Shown here in pieces: positions 8,453 to 17,759 of a stretch of DNA of 64,000 nt. Below the pieces are notes generated by a model, which was not told the DNA's origin, did no database searches, and saw only the letters and a list, made by a program, of their open reading frames with translations. Source of the stretch: Marinicella sp. (GTDB lineage Bacteria; Pseudomonadota; Gammaproteobacteria; Xanthomonadales; Marinicellaceae); NCBI GenBank assembly GCA_965230295.1, contig OZ246001.1:1440001-1504000 (forward strand), in the 5' to 3' direction. The first letter of the stretch is position 1, and every line of letters starts with the position of its first letter. Position numbers and translations under genes: made by a program.

Positions 8453-9966
8453 TCAAAGGCCAACACTTAATCGATGGACAATGGCATCCCGGCAACAGCA
8501 CATTCACAGCAGAGTGTCTTTCTGTTCAACCGCCACAAATCCACAATGCCACCACTGACTTGGTCGATCAAGCCGTGCAGGCTGCACACCATGCATTCCT
8601 GACCTATGGACAATCCACCAACCAAGAAAGGGCCAAGCTGTTGAATGCCGTTGCGGAACAAATCAATCAGAACCGTGAAGCCATTTGTGCGATGGGTGCA
8701 GAAGAGTCTGGCTTGCCTTTGGCACGACTGGACGGTGAATGTACCCGCACCACCCAGCAACTGAACATGTTCGCCGATTATGTGGCACAAGGGACATATC
8801 AAGACCTGAGGTTTGATGCAGCCATGCCAGATCGTACACCCATTCCCAAACCGGAAATTCGCAGTGCCATGCGTCCTTTGGGTCCGGTGGTGGTGTTTGG
8901 CGCCTCCAACTTCCCGCTGGCTTTTTCCACGGCCGGTGGTGACACCGCTTCGGCCTTGGCAGCAGGATGCCCTGTCATTGTGAAAGGACACCCTGCCCAC
9001 CCTGGCACTTCAGATCTGGTGGCCCAAGCCATTGCCCAAGCCATTGATGCTTGTGGCATGGACTCCGGCGTCTTTTCACTGGTTCAAGATTCTGGCTTTG
9101 AAGCAGCGCAACAGTTGGTGACCCACCCATTGATCAAAGCCGTAGGATTTACCGGTTCGCTTAAAGGCGGTAGGCACCTGTATGATCTTTGTACCAGTCG
9201 CCCAGAACCGATTCCGTTTTATGGTGAAATGGGCTCCATCAATCCTTTGTTTGTTTTGCCTGGCATCCTCTCCTCCTCAGCCAATGAAGTGGCCCATGGC
9301 TGGGTCAGTTCTTTGACTTTGGGTGTCGGGCAGTTTTGTACCAAACCAGGTCTACTGGTGGTTCCCAATGGTCCTGATGGCGATCAGCTGGTTGAAACTG
9401 CTGTATCCAAACTGAATGATGTGGCCACACCCGCCAACATGCTTACCCGCCCTATGGCAGCTGCTTATCAAAACAGCATCAATGAAATCACCAATCACAA
9501 TGCCAGCAAAATTCTATTCCAAGCCAACAACCAAGACCGCCAAGTCATGCCTCATGTGGTCACCACTGAAGTTCAAGAGTGGCTGAACAATCCCCTGTTA
9601 CAACAAGAGGTGTTTGGCCCTTATGCCGTGATCGTCAGGGTTGATGATGAAGCAGACATGTTCGAAATAGCGGAACAAATGGAAGGCCAACTAACGGCCA
9701 CGCTACACTTCGCGGAAAGCGATCATGCCACAGCAAAAAGCCTGATTGAATTACTGGAACAAAAAGCCGGCCGCATCATTGCCAATGGCTTTCCAACTGG
9801 CGTTGAAGTGTCTGATGCCATGGTACATGGCGGACCATACCCTGCTTCCACCTACGCCAACAGCACCTCAGTTGGCACCATGGCGATCAACCGGTTCTTA
9901 AAACCGGTTGCTTACCAAAACATACCTGAAGAACTGTTGCCTAATTCTTTACATTCGGCTTCTTAA
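8449..9966 (+). CDS. Alpha-ketoglutaric semialdehyde dehydrogenase (ALDH)
   Basis: GPVVVFGASNFPLAFSTAGGDTASALAAGCPV, FTGS, EMGSINP and GQFCTKPG motifs typical of KGSADH. Confidence 0.9.
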   Translation: MIKGQHLIDGQWHPGNSTFTAECLSVQPPQIHNATTDLVDQAVQAAHHAFLTYGQSTNQERAKLLNAVAEQINQNREAICAMGAEESGLPLARLDGECTRTTQQLNMFADYVAQGTYQDLRFDAAMPDRTPIPKPEIRSAMRPLGPVVVFGASNFPLAFSTAGGDTASALAAGCPVIVKGHPAHPGTSDLVAQAIAQAIDACGMDSGVFSLVQDSGFEAAQQLVTHPLIKAVGFTGSLKGGRHLYDLCTSRPEPIPFYGEMGSINPLFVLPGILSSSANEVAHGWVSSLTLGVGQFCTKPGLLVVPNGPDGDQLVETAVSKLNDVATPANMLTRPMAAAYQNSINEITNHNASKILFQANNQDRQVMPHVVTTEVQEWLNNPLLQQEVFGPYAVIVRVDDEADMFEIAEQMEGQLTATLHFAESDHATAKSLIELLEQKAGRIIANGFPTGVEVSDAMVHGGPYPASTYANSTSVGTMAINRFLKPVAYQNIPEELLPNSLHSAS

Positions 9967-10037
9967 GTTCAGCAGTCATACCGAAAATCAGAGCAATGTA
10001 TAAATCAAAAGTGGTCGATGGAACTATGATGGTGGAC

Positions 10038-12302
10038 TTATCGATTTTTTTGGATCATGTCTTTGAGTTGGTCTTTGATGGGTAAGCGCCTTATCCTGAT
10101 GCCACAAGCGGCAAATATGGCATTGGTCAAGGCAGGGGCCACCGGCGGCACAGGAATTTCTCCAACACCTGCCGGTTCATCGCCATGATTGATGATGAAC
10201 ACCTCCATTGATTCAGGCATTTGATTTTGCCTCAACAAGGGGTAATCATGGAAATTGTTTTGTTCAACCTGACCGTTTTTAACGGTGATTTCCAAATTCA
10301 AAGCCGTACTCAATGCATCGATGGTACCACCTTGCACTTGTGCTTCAACGCCTTTTGGATTAACCGCGAACCCGCAGTCTATGGCAGCAATGATTTTGTG
10401 AATGAGCAACCCTCCTGTAGAAGACACACTGACTTCAATGGCATGCGCTGCATAACCGCCAAAAGTGAAATGGGTGGCCAGACCAACACCGTGCCCTTGG
10501 GGCCTGGGTTGTTTGAAATCAATCTTTTCTGCCACCTCATGTAACAAATTCGCCAGGCGACCAGGGTTAAAAACCGGACCACCGTGATTCTTATAAGGAA
10601 TGTCACGCGATTCACCCAACAGCTTCATCTGAAAATCTAAAGGGTTTTGTTTAAGCTCATGAGCCATTTCATCGATGAAACTTTGAATCGCAAATGCATT
10701 GGCTGTGTGTGCAGGTGCTCGCCAAGATCCGCGTGGCATGCCCGACTTGGCAGCATGGTATTCCATATGGAAATTTTTAATCACATTAGCCGGATAATCA
10801 TCTTCGTACAGTTCTGATTTGGCATAATCAGACTCTGGCACATTGGGACGGCGGTAGTATTTACTCGCTGAAGCCAGTCGGTGTTGCCAAGCAATCAGTG
10901 TACCTTGATCATTCACTGCAGCCCGCATTTCATGCAAGCCGGATGGCCGATAAAAATCATGCTTCATGTCATCCTCTCTCGACCAATGCAACTTGATGGG
11001 CCAACCCGTTGCTTGTGAAATGAGGCATGCCTCCGCGACAAAGTCGCTGATGATGCGGCGACCAAACCCGCCTCCAACTCGTGTCATTTCAACCTGGATT
11101 GACATTCGATCAAGCCCAGTGATTTCTGCAGCCATGCGTGACACGCCACTGGGCATCTGGGTTGGCACAATGATCAAAGCCTGATCTGCTTTAACATGCG
11201 CAAAACAGTTTTGTGGTTCCAATGTTGCATGGGCCACAAACGGGATGTCATAACGACGACTGAATTTATATTTACCCGAATCATAAGCATTTTCAAAATC
11301 CCCATCACTTCGGACAGTCTGCCCTTTGGTGTTCAGTAAATTTTTTAAATGCTGTTTGAATGAAGCCGTTGATTCCTGGCTGAAAGGACCTTGTTCCCAT
11401 TCCACCTCTAATGCAGCAATGCCCCGAATGGCTGCCCAAGTATTCTCGGCAACCACCGCCACACCACTGGCAATAACAGTGTAAGGGTCTTTGGTGGCTG
11501 GCCCATCAATTTTGACAGTTTTAAGAACACCGGGCACCAATAAAGTTTTACTTTCATCGTATGATTTTACTTTTCCATCCAAATGCGGCGATCGCTTAAC
11601 CATAGCCACTTTCATGCCTTTGATCTGGGTATCAATACCAAATTTAACCTGTCCAGTAACAATTTCTTTGGCCGAAACAACCGATTGAGGCTTGCCTAAT
11701 ATTTTGAAATTTTTAGGGTCCTTGAGCGGCGGATCTGACGCAGGAATGGACTGTTTGGCTGCCAGTTTTATCAAAGAGGCATAACTTGCTTTTTGGTCTT
11801 TTTCCGGACCCAGCACATGGCCACCTTGGGTAGAACATTGCTCAACATTAATTTGCCAAAGTTTTGCTGCTGCGGTGATGAACTGGCGCCTGACAATGGC
11901 ACCAGCTTTCCGCAAATAGGGCCAACTGACTCGTGTGCTTTGGCTACCAACCGCACCTTGAGGACCGTGTTTCCAGGTTACACCTTTTTCAGTCTTGACC
12001 AAGCCCAAGGGTAATTGTTTTACGCTAACCTGTGACCACAGGACATCCAATTCCTCCGCCACCATCATCGGCGCAACTGTTCTTGACCCCTGGCCTATTT
12101 CCGGGTGTGGGCTGCCAATAATGATCTGGTTATCAGGTTTAACCTCTATGAAAAACCCAAAACGCCCTTCTTCAAGATTTGATTGGCTGGCAACATCCAA
12201 AGCCCTTGCTTTGGCTGAGACCGTGAACAATAAGCCGCCAGAAATAGAAAGCCCTACTTTGAAAAACTGCCTGCGATCCATCGTATGTTCATTTTTATTC
12301 AT
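10038..12302 (-). CDS. Xanthine dehydrogenase-family molybdopterin subunit (IorB-like) with Tat signal
   Basis: RRQFFK Tat motif, EIGQG, HATLEPQNC, VGGGFGRR and GVGEIPVPPVAPA motifs. Confidence 0.9.
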   Translation of the reverse strand: MNKNEHTMDRRQFFKVGLSISGGLLFTVSAKARALDVASQSNLEEGRFGFFIEVKPDNQIIIGSPHPEIGQGSRTVAPMMVAEELDVLWSQVSVKQLPLGLVKTEKGVTWKHGPQGAVGSQSTRVSWPYLRKAGAIVRRQFITAAAKLWQINVEQCSTQGGHVLGPEKDQKASYASLIKLAAKQSIPASDPPLKDPKNFKILGKPQSVVSAKEIVTGQVKFGIDTQIKGMKVAMVKRSPHLDGKVKSYDESKTLLVPGVLKTVKIDGPATKDPYTVIASGVAVVAENTWAAIRGIAALEVEWEQGPFSQESTASFKQHLKNLLNTKGQTVRSDGDFENAYDSGKYKFSRRYDIPFVAHATLEPQNCFAHVKADQALIIVPTQMPSGVSRMAAEITGLDRMSIQVEMTRVGGGFGRRIISDFVAEACLISQATGWPIKLHWSREDDMKHDFYRPSGLHEMRAAVNDQGTLIAWQHRLASASKYYRRPNVPESDYAKSELYEDDYPANVIKNFHMEYHAAKSGMPRGSWRAPAHTANAFAIQSFIDEMAHELKQNPLDFQMKLLGESRDIPYKNHGGPVFNPGRLANLLHEVAEKIDFKQPRPQGHGVGLATHFTFGGYAAHAIEVSVSSTGGLLIHKIIAAIDCGFAVNPKGVEAQVQGGTIDALSTALNLEITVKNGQVEQNNFHDYPLLRQNQMPESMEVFIINHGDEPAGVGEIPVPPVAPALTNAIFAACGIRIRRLPIKDQLKDMIQKNR

Positions 12303-12769
12303 TGTGCTTTTTCCTCTGCAAGCAACTCAGTTGCACGGTGTATAGCTGACTTGATCCTGTCATAAGTGCCACACCGGCAAATATTACTCATGGCTGAAAT
12401 GATTTCACTGTCAGATGGTTTTGAACGGGTGCTTAATAAATGGGTTGCCGCCATGATTTGGCCCGCCTGACAATAACCACATTGCGGTACATCCATTTCA
12501 ATCCAGGCTTGCTGTACGGCGGTTAATTCACCCTCTTTGGCCAGGCCTTCTATGGTGGTGATGGATTGACCAGCAATGGCAGAAACAGATGTGGTGCATG
12601 ATCTGATAGATGCACCATTTAAATGGACAGTACATGCGCCACACTGACCTATCCCACAACCATACTTGGTACCTGTTAAACCCAGTTCATCACGCAATAC
12701 CCACAAAACAGGCATGTCTGGATCGCCATTGAATTGAACCTCTTTTTGATTCACTTTAAATACTATCAT
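12299..12769 (-). CDS. (2Fe-2S)-binding subunit (IorA-like)
   Basis: GTKYGCGIGQCGACTV, QCGYCQ and NICRCGTY motifs; start moved to ATG 12769. Confidence 0.92.
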   Translation of the reverse strand: MIVFKVNQKEVQFNGDPDMPVLWVLRDELGLTGTKYGCGIGQCGACTVHLNGASIRSCTTSVSAIAGQSITTIEGLAKEGELTAVQQAWIEMDVPQCGYCQAGQIMAATHLLSTRSKPSDSEIISAMSNICRCGTYDRIKSAIHRATELLAEEKAQ

Positions 12770-12870
12770 CACGTTACCTTTCAATCAGTTTGCCATTCCA
12801 AGCATGTCAGCCCTTCATTGGGTGTTTGATAATGGTCAGCATGTTCAATTGACCACTCAGCATTAATTAA

Positions 12871-12908
12871 TTTGTATAATACAACTATTTATTTGTATAA
12901 TACAACTA
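12871..12908. promoter_or_regulatory. Two tandem TTGTATAATACAA palindromic operators
   Basis: TTGTATAATACAA at 12872-12884 and 12893-12905 (21-bp period) in the divergent iorA/PAP2 intergenic region. Confidence 0.75.
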
Positions 12909-12934
12909 CTTTGTACCAATGGAAACCGATATCT

Positions 12935-13822
12935 ATGTTTAAAATCATCCTTACGTTGCTGTCCCTTACACAATTTCCTGACGTGTTGGATGCCCAATAT
13001 AAAATAGCACCTCTTGAATCAGTGACTGGGCATTATCGAGATCTCAGTCAATTTGACCACCGACCCAGCGCGGAAAGATCTGCCCTTGACGACATCATTT
13101 TCCCACCACACGAAAACGGCCCAGGAACAGCTTTCATCGGTCAGGAACTGGCTTATTTGACCCAAACAGAATTACAAACATTGATCAGGCTGGTTAAACC
13201 ACCTGCCAACAGTTCTGATCAAACAGCTGCTGAAATTCGTTACCTGAAAGATCTGGAAAGGGCCAGGACTGACCAAATAAAAAACCGGGTCATGGACATT
13301 GCTCACATTGGTTATTGGCCTGACCTTGACCCCAATTCATCAAGCCCTGGCATGAATTTTTCACATTTATTCTGGGAGTATACAGAAGTGTTTGATAAGG
13401 CCTTTGACAACCAGAACCGTCCAAAAACGGCAAAACTGTTACAAGGAGTTACCCGTGATGCGCGAATCATTGAATTTACTTTGAAGGCGCATTTTAATCG
13501 GGCCAGACCATACCACCTAAATTCAGAACTGGATGTCATGACCAAAATCAATTCACCTTCTTTTCCAAGCGGCCACACCCTTTGGGCATACGTTCAAGCC
13601 TTTATATGGAGTGAGTTGTTTCCTAACAACCGCTTAGATTTTTTGACTGTGGCCAGAGAAGTCGGCGAGTCTCGAGAAATCATGGGAATCCATTACCCAA
13701 GCGATGAAGAAGCTGCCCGAATTCTGGCCCATCGCATGATTGAATTGATGTCAAACAACCCAATATTCATCACAGACATCAAGGCTGCAATGAATGAATG
13801 GAGCCAACATCAACAACAGTGA
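12935..13822 (+). CDS. Secreted PAP2-superfamily acid phosphatase
   Basis: KAHFNRARP, PSGH and SREIMGIHYPSD motifs; start moved to ATG 12935 (MFKIILTLLSL). Confidence 0.85.
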   Translation: MFKIILTLLSLTQFPDVLDAQYKIAPLESVTGHYRDLSQFDHRPSAERSALDDIIFPPHENGPGTAFIGQELAYLTQTELQTLIRLVKPPANSSDQTAAEIRYLKDLERARTDQIKNRVMDIAHIGYWPDLDPNSSSPGMNFSHLFWEYTEVFDKAFDNQNRPKTAKLLQGVTRDARIIEFTLKAHFNRARPYHLNSELDVMTKINSPSFPSGHTLWAYVQAFIWSELFPNNRLDFLTVAREVGESREIMGIHYPSDEEAARILAHRMIELMSNNPIFITDIKAAMNEWSQHQQQ

Positions 13823-13844
13823 TACCCTCCTTGCCGGGCAGCCA

Positions 13845-14309
13845 TCAAGATTGACAAAGGCCACTGGAAGACGATTTAAGCGCTTCGTTAAGTTTTTCGA
13901 GAAACTCAATCACCAGCTCTTTTTGTTCATCAGAGAAATGGTCTAAAACTGCCTGTTCTGATTGGCTGATCTGCTGCCAAATCTCTTGGTATTTATCAGA
14001 ACCAATCTGGGTCAGCTCACAATAATAAACCCGCTTATCGAGTTCGCTTTTGGTCCTTTTTACGTATTTTTTTTCCTGCAAATGATTAAATACCCTGGTA
14101 ATGGTGCTGATATCCAGATGCATTTTTTGAGCCAGTTCGGAAACCGTTAAAGCACCATGAAAATAAAGCGTTTCCAGCACATAACATTGACTCACTGACA
14201 GTCCATGACAACAATAATTTTCACGGTCACGGAATTGGTATTTTTTAATGAACTCCACCAACTGTAAGTGGAATTGTTCAACTTGTTTATCTGCTGTTGA
14301 GTTAGGCAT
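13845..14309 (-). CDS. Cys-rich MarR-family regulator
   Basis: LTVSELAQKMHLDISTITR..DKRVYY MarR winged helix, with Cys33-Cys34, Cys42 and a C-terminal Cys152. Confidence 0.9.
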   Translation of the reverse strand: MPNSTADKQVEQFHLQLVEFIKKYQFRDRENYCCHGLSVSQCYVLETLYFHGALTVSELAQKMHLDISTITRVFNHLQEKKYVKRTKSELDKRVYYCELTQIGSDKYQEIWQQISQSEQAVLDHFSDEQKELVIEFLEKLNEALKSSSSGLCQS

Positions 14310-14435
14310 AGATCAATCATACCAGAAATGAAACCATGCCATTCTAACTGCCAACCACCCACACTGAAAACATTTTGTCTCTCATCACATCTAACAATCA
14401 AATTTTAGATGGAATTATCATTGGGCATCGTATAG

Positions 14436-14462
14436 AATATATTTGTATCATACAAATATATT
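14436..14462. promoter_or_regulatory. 27-bp palindromic operator with core TTGTATCATACAA
   Basis: AATATATTTGTAT-C-ATACAAATATATT has perfect 13-bp arms and lies just upstream of the decarboxylase ATG, in the divergent marR intergenic region. Confidence 0.8.
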
Positions 14463-14468
14463 TAAATC

Positions 14469-15932
14469 ATGGGTTTCATCAATGACACCAACATCGTTGC
14501 CAAGGCGTTATCTGATCATCAACAAAACAACATCAGTGGAGAGTCTCCCACCATCACTCTATCACCCATCAATGACCTGCTGACACAATTAGATTGTGAT
14601 GGGTTGATTCAACTTGGCGGGCTGACAGGAACCAAACTCAAAGAATTTGTGCAGCTATACCTGCAAAATTCAACCAGTTTACACAACCCAGGTTACCTGG
14701 GCCACCAATGTGCAGCACCTCATTATTCTGCTGCTCTGTCAGCATTCATCGATGCTCACATGAATAATGTAACAGCCATTTATGAGATGGGGCCAGCTGC
14801 ATCAGCGATTGAATTTTTCATGGTTAACTGGATGTTAGAAAAGGTGGGTTGGCAAACAGAACAAGTCAACGCCAGTTCTCAGTTGAATGAAGGTGGAGGC
14901 GTTTTTGTCAACGGCGGCTCAATGGCGAATTTACTCTGTTTGATCGCTGCGAGGAAATTTGCTATACCCAATATATATGAGCTGGGCTCTCTGGGTAATC
15001 AAGCCTATATGGTGGCCGAAAATGCCCACTATTCAATCACCAAAGCCATAGAAATCATGGGCGTTGGTCAAACCGGCATTTACCCCATCCCACTTAAGCG
15101 CAATGGATCGATTAACACCGACACATTGAATGACGTCTTGACCACCATTCGACAAGATCAAAAAATACCCGTGTGTCTGGTAGCCAATGCATGTAACACG
15201 GCGATAGGTACTTATGATGACTTGACGACAATAGGTGCATTTTGTCAGCAAAATGATTTATGGCTGCACATAGATGGTGCCCACGGTGCCAGCGCATTGC
15301 TTTCATCCAAACACCGAATAAAATTGAAGGGCATACAGTCAGCAAACTCCTTGATATGGGATGCCCACAAAATGATGCAGACACCCTCTTTATGTGCAGC
15401 CGCATTAGTTAGAAACAAACAACACCTGAATCAAGCCATGCATCAAGAAGCCAGTTACCTGTTTCATGAAAAGGAAAACCCTGGCATCGACTTCTTGCAC
15501 CGTACCATTGAATGTACCAAAGGCAGTTTGGCCACCAAGTTGTTTTTCAGTCTGGCTCATTCAGGCGAAAAGGCGCTGGAACAATTCATTGACTCACAGT
15601 ACCAGATGGCTTTGACCGCTTATGAATTATTGCAAAAAACCCATGGCATTGAAGTAGCCATTTCACCCGAAAGCAACATTTTATGTTTCCGGTTTGATTC
15701 ATTATCTGATGCCAACCATTTAAGACTGAGAGATCTTTTGCACCAAGAGGGCTCTTTTTACATCACCACGACTGCATTCAATAACCGCACTTTCTTGAGG
15801 TTGGTTTTTATGAATGAAAACACCCGACTCAAACACATCAAAGAGTTGATTCAAAAACTGATGATGTTAAGCAAAGAGTTGCTTAACGACAATACCGTAC
15901 CAATACAAAATGACCACCTATACAATCACTGA
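14469..15932 (+). CDS. Group II PLP-dependent decarboxylase (Ddc/aromatic/glutamate decarboxylase family)
   Basis: HNPGYLGHQ, GGSMAN, AHYSI and WLHIDGAHG motifs, plus WDAHKMM carrying the PLP lysine. Confidence 0.9.
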   Translation: MGFINDTNIVAKALSDHQQNNISGESPTITLSPINDLLTQLDCDGLIQLGGLTGTKLKEFVQLYLQNSTSLHNPGYLGHQCAAPHYSAALSAFIDAHMNNVTAIYEMGPAASAIEFFMVNWMLEKVGWQTEQVNASSQLNEGGGVFVNGGSMANLLCLIAARKFAIPNIYELGSLGNQAYMVAENAHYSITKAIEIMGVGQTGIYPIPLKRNGSINTDTLNDVLTTIRQDQKIPVCLVANACNTAIGTYDDLTTIGAFCQQNDLWLHIDGAHGASALLSSKHRIKLKGIQSANSLIWDAHKMMQTPSLCAAALVRNKQHLNQAMHQEASYLFHEKENPGIDFLHRTIECTKGSLATKLFFSLAHSGEKALEQFIDSQYQMALTAYELLQKTHGIEVAISPESNILCFRFDSLSDANHLRLRDLLHQEGSFYITTTAFNNRTFLRLVFMNENTRLKHIKELIQKLMMLSKELLNDNTVPIQNDHLYNH

Positions 15933-16389
15933 ACACCACAAACACTCATTTGAGCATTTCCGGCGGCTGAATAAGCAATGGAGAGAAACCTATTTTCCTG
16001 ATCACTCAGGTCATGATGAATTGTTGCACAATCCGGGCCTTATCCTACATGAAGGCGGGTGTGTGTTCTATGCCATTGCAAACAACAAAATTGTCGGATG
16101 TGGCGGTTTAAGAAACCACCAACATGGCATTTATGAAATCGTCAAAATGGCAGTCGATCCAAAATACCAGGAGATGGGAATGGGAACTGCTTTGTTGAAA
16201 GCCTTGATCACTCGATTTAATACGCAATCAGGGAATCGATTATTTTTGCAAACACACTCCAACTTAACAGCAGCCATCAAACTTTACCAAAAACATCATT
16301 TCGTTGAAGCATCAACAGAAAAAAATTCGATTCAATGTGGCTGTAACACCCACATGGAATACCAAAACATTCATCAACAGGAGCCATGA
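15910..16389 (+). CDS. GNAT-family N-acetyltransferase
   Basis: EIVKMAVDPKYQEMGMGTALL acetyl-CoA motif A and AAIKLYQKHHF. Confidence 0.88.
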   Translation: MTTYTITEHHKHSFEHFRRLNKQWRETYFPDHSGHDELLHNPGLILHEGGCVFYAIANNKIVGCGGLRNHQHGIYEIVKMAVDPKYQEMGMGTALLKALITRFNTQSGNRLFLQTHSNLTAAIKLYQKHHFVEASTEKNSIQCGCNTHMEYQNIHQQEP

Positions 16390-16390
16390 T

Positions 16391-16804
16391 ATGAAGAAAG
16401 TAACCGGTATAGGCGGCATATTTTTTAAGTGCAAAGAACCAGAAAAAGTCAAAATGTGGTACGCCAAACACCTTGGCCTAAACGTGGACCAATATGGGAC
16501 CTCTTTTGAATGGCGACAAGCCAAAGACCCAACACAAAAAGGGTTTCTGCAGTGGTCACCGTTCAACCAAACAACAGAATATTTCCATCCTTCTGACCAA
16601 AATTTTATGATCAATTATCGGGTGGATGATTTAAGGTCACTGCTTAAAACCTTAAGGGCCAGCGGTGTGGTCATTCTGGATGAAATCGAAGAAACAGAAT
16701 ATGGCAAGTTTGTCCATGTTTTGGACCTGGAAAACAACAAAGTTCAACTTTGGGAACCCATCGATGATGCCTATGATGAAATGATTGAAGGACGAACTAG
16801 TTGA
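16391..16804 (+). CDS. VOC/glyoxalase family protein
   Basis: MKKVTGIGGIFFK..WYAKHLG..MINYRVDDL..DLENNKVQLWEP; start moved to ATG 16391. Confidence 0.88.
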   Translation: MKKVTGIGGIFFKCKEPEKVKMWYAKHLGLNVDQYGTSFEWRQAKDPTQKGFLQWSPFNQTTEYFHPSDQNFMINYRVDDLRSLLKTLRASGVVILDEIEETEYGKFVHVLDLENNKVQLWEPIDDAYDEMIEGRTS

Positions 16805-16894
16805 CTGTAATTGAGTCACTGATTGCTGGCATTTTTTCATATAAAAGTCATTTGATTGAAGTAAAATGTTTTCGATTTACTTTGACTCAATGAC

Positions 16895-17713
16895 ATGAAA
16901 AATACCTTAATAATTATCTCATTTTTGTTGTGCATTGGTTGTTCACAAAAGACCATAAAACAACAATCTGATGGCCTGACTCAAAACAATTTACCACCCA
17001 TCAAAGAACATTTGGTGATGGCCACGTTGTGGATACAAAATGCCGCCGAATACAAAGCCTTGTGCCACCAAGCTTACAATGTCGCAAAAAATCGCATTGA
17101 CTGGTTGTTGGCCAACCACCAGTCCGATAAACCAATGGCTTTGATTGCAGATATTGATGAGACCGTCTTAGACAACAGTCCTTACACCACGCGCCTGATT
17201 CAGGAAGACATCAATTACACCAGCGATACCTGGAAAGAATGGGGCCTGAAAGAAACCGCTGAACCCGTTCCTGGCGCTTTGGCTTTTTATCAGTATGCAG
17301 CAGAACAAGGCATCAACATATTTTATGTTTCCAATCGATACAATGAACAATTGACCGAGACCATCAACAACTTACAAAAACATGGCTTCCCTAACGCCAA
17401 ACCTTCACATGTGTCATTGAAAACTGCTGGCTCAGGCAAAGAGCCAAGACGCCTAGAAATCATGCAAGACTATGAAGTAGTGATGCTGCTCGGTGACAAT
17501 TTGTCCGACTTTCACCAAGCCTTTGACAACCAGTCAACCGCCAACCGCAATGCCATTGCCAACAAGATGGCCGAACAATTCGGATCTCTGTATATCGTAT
17601 TACCCAACCCCACTTATGGAGACTGGGAAACCAAAGGCCTGTATGAAGGCAATTACGATTGGACAGAAGCTGAAAAGGCCAAAATAAGAAGCAGCAAACT
17701 AAAACCTTACTGA
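16895..17713 (+). CDS. Class C acid phosphatase / 5'-nucleotidase lipoprotein, e(P4) family
   Basis: Lipobox CIGC, HAD motif DIDETVLDN, GDNLSDF and PNPTYGDW. Confidence 0.9.
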   Translation: MKNTLIIISFLLCIGCSQKTIKQQSDGLTQNNLPPIKEHLVMATLWIQNAAEYKALCHQAYNVAKNRIDWLLANHQSDKPMALIADIDETVLDNSPYTTRLIQEDINYTSDTWKEWGLKETAEPVPGALAFYQYAAEQGINIFYVSNRYNEQLTETINNLQKHGFPNAKPSHVSLKTAGSGKEPRRLEIMQDYEVVMLLGDNLSDFHQAFDNQSTANRNAIANKMAEQFGSLYIVLPNPTYGDWETKGLYEGNYDWTEAEKAKIRSSKLKPY

Positions 17714-17759
17714 TGCATCAAGCTACATTCATTGGAGAACTGGTGATCAGTTCGACCAG

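Noticed and set aside
12872-12934. MYNTTIYLYNTTT N-terminus of the PAP2 protein
   Set aside because: It is a translation of the duplicated operator. ATG 12935 gives a signal-peptide-like start.
16391-16804. VOC protein as ArsI C-As lyase
   Set aside because: It lacks the vicinal Cys pair of ArsI and looks like a common generic glyoxalase-family protein.
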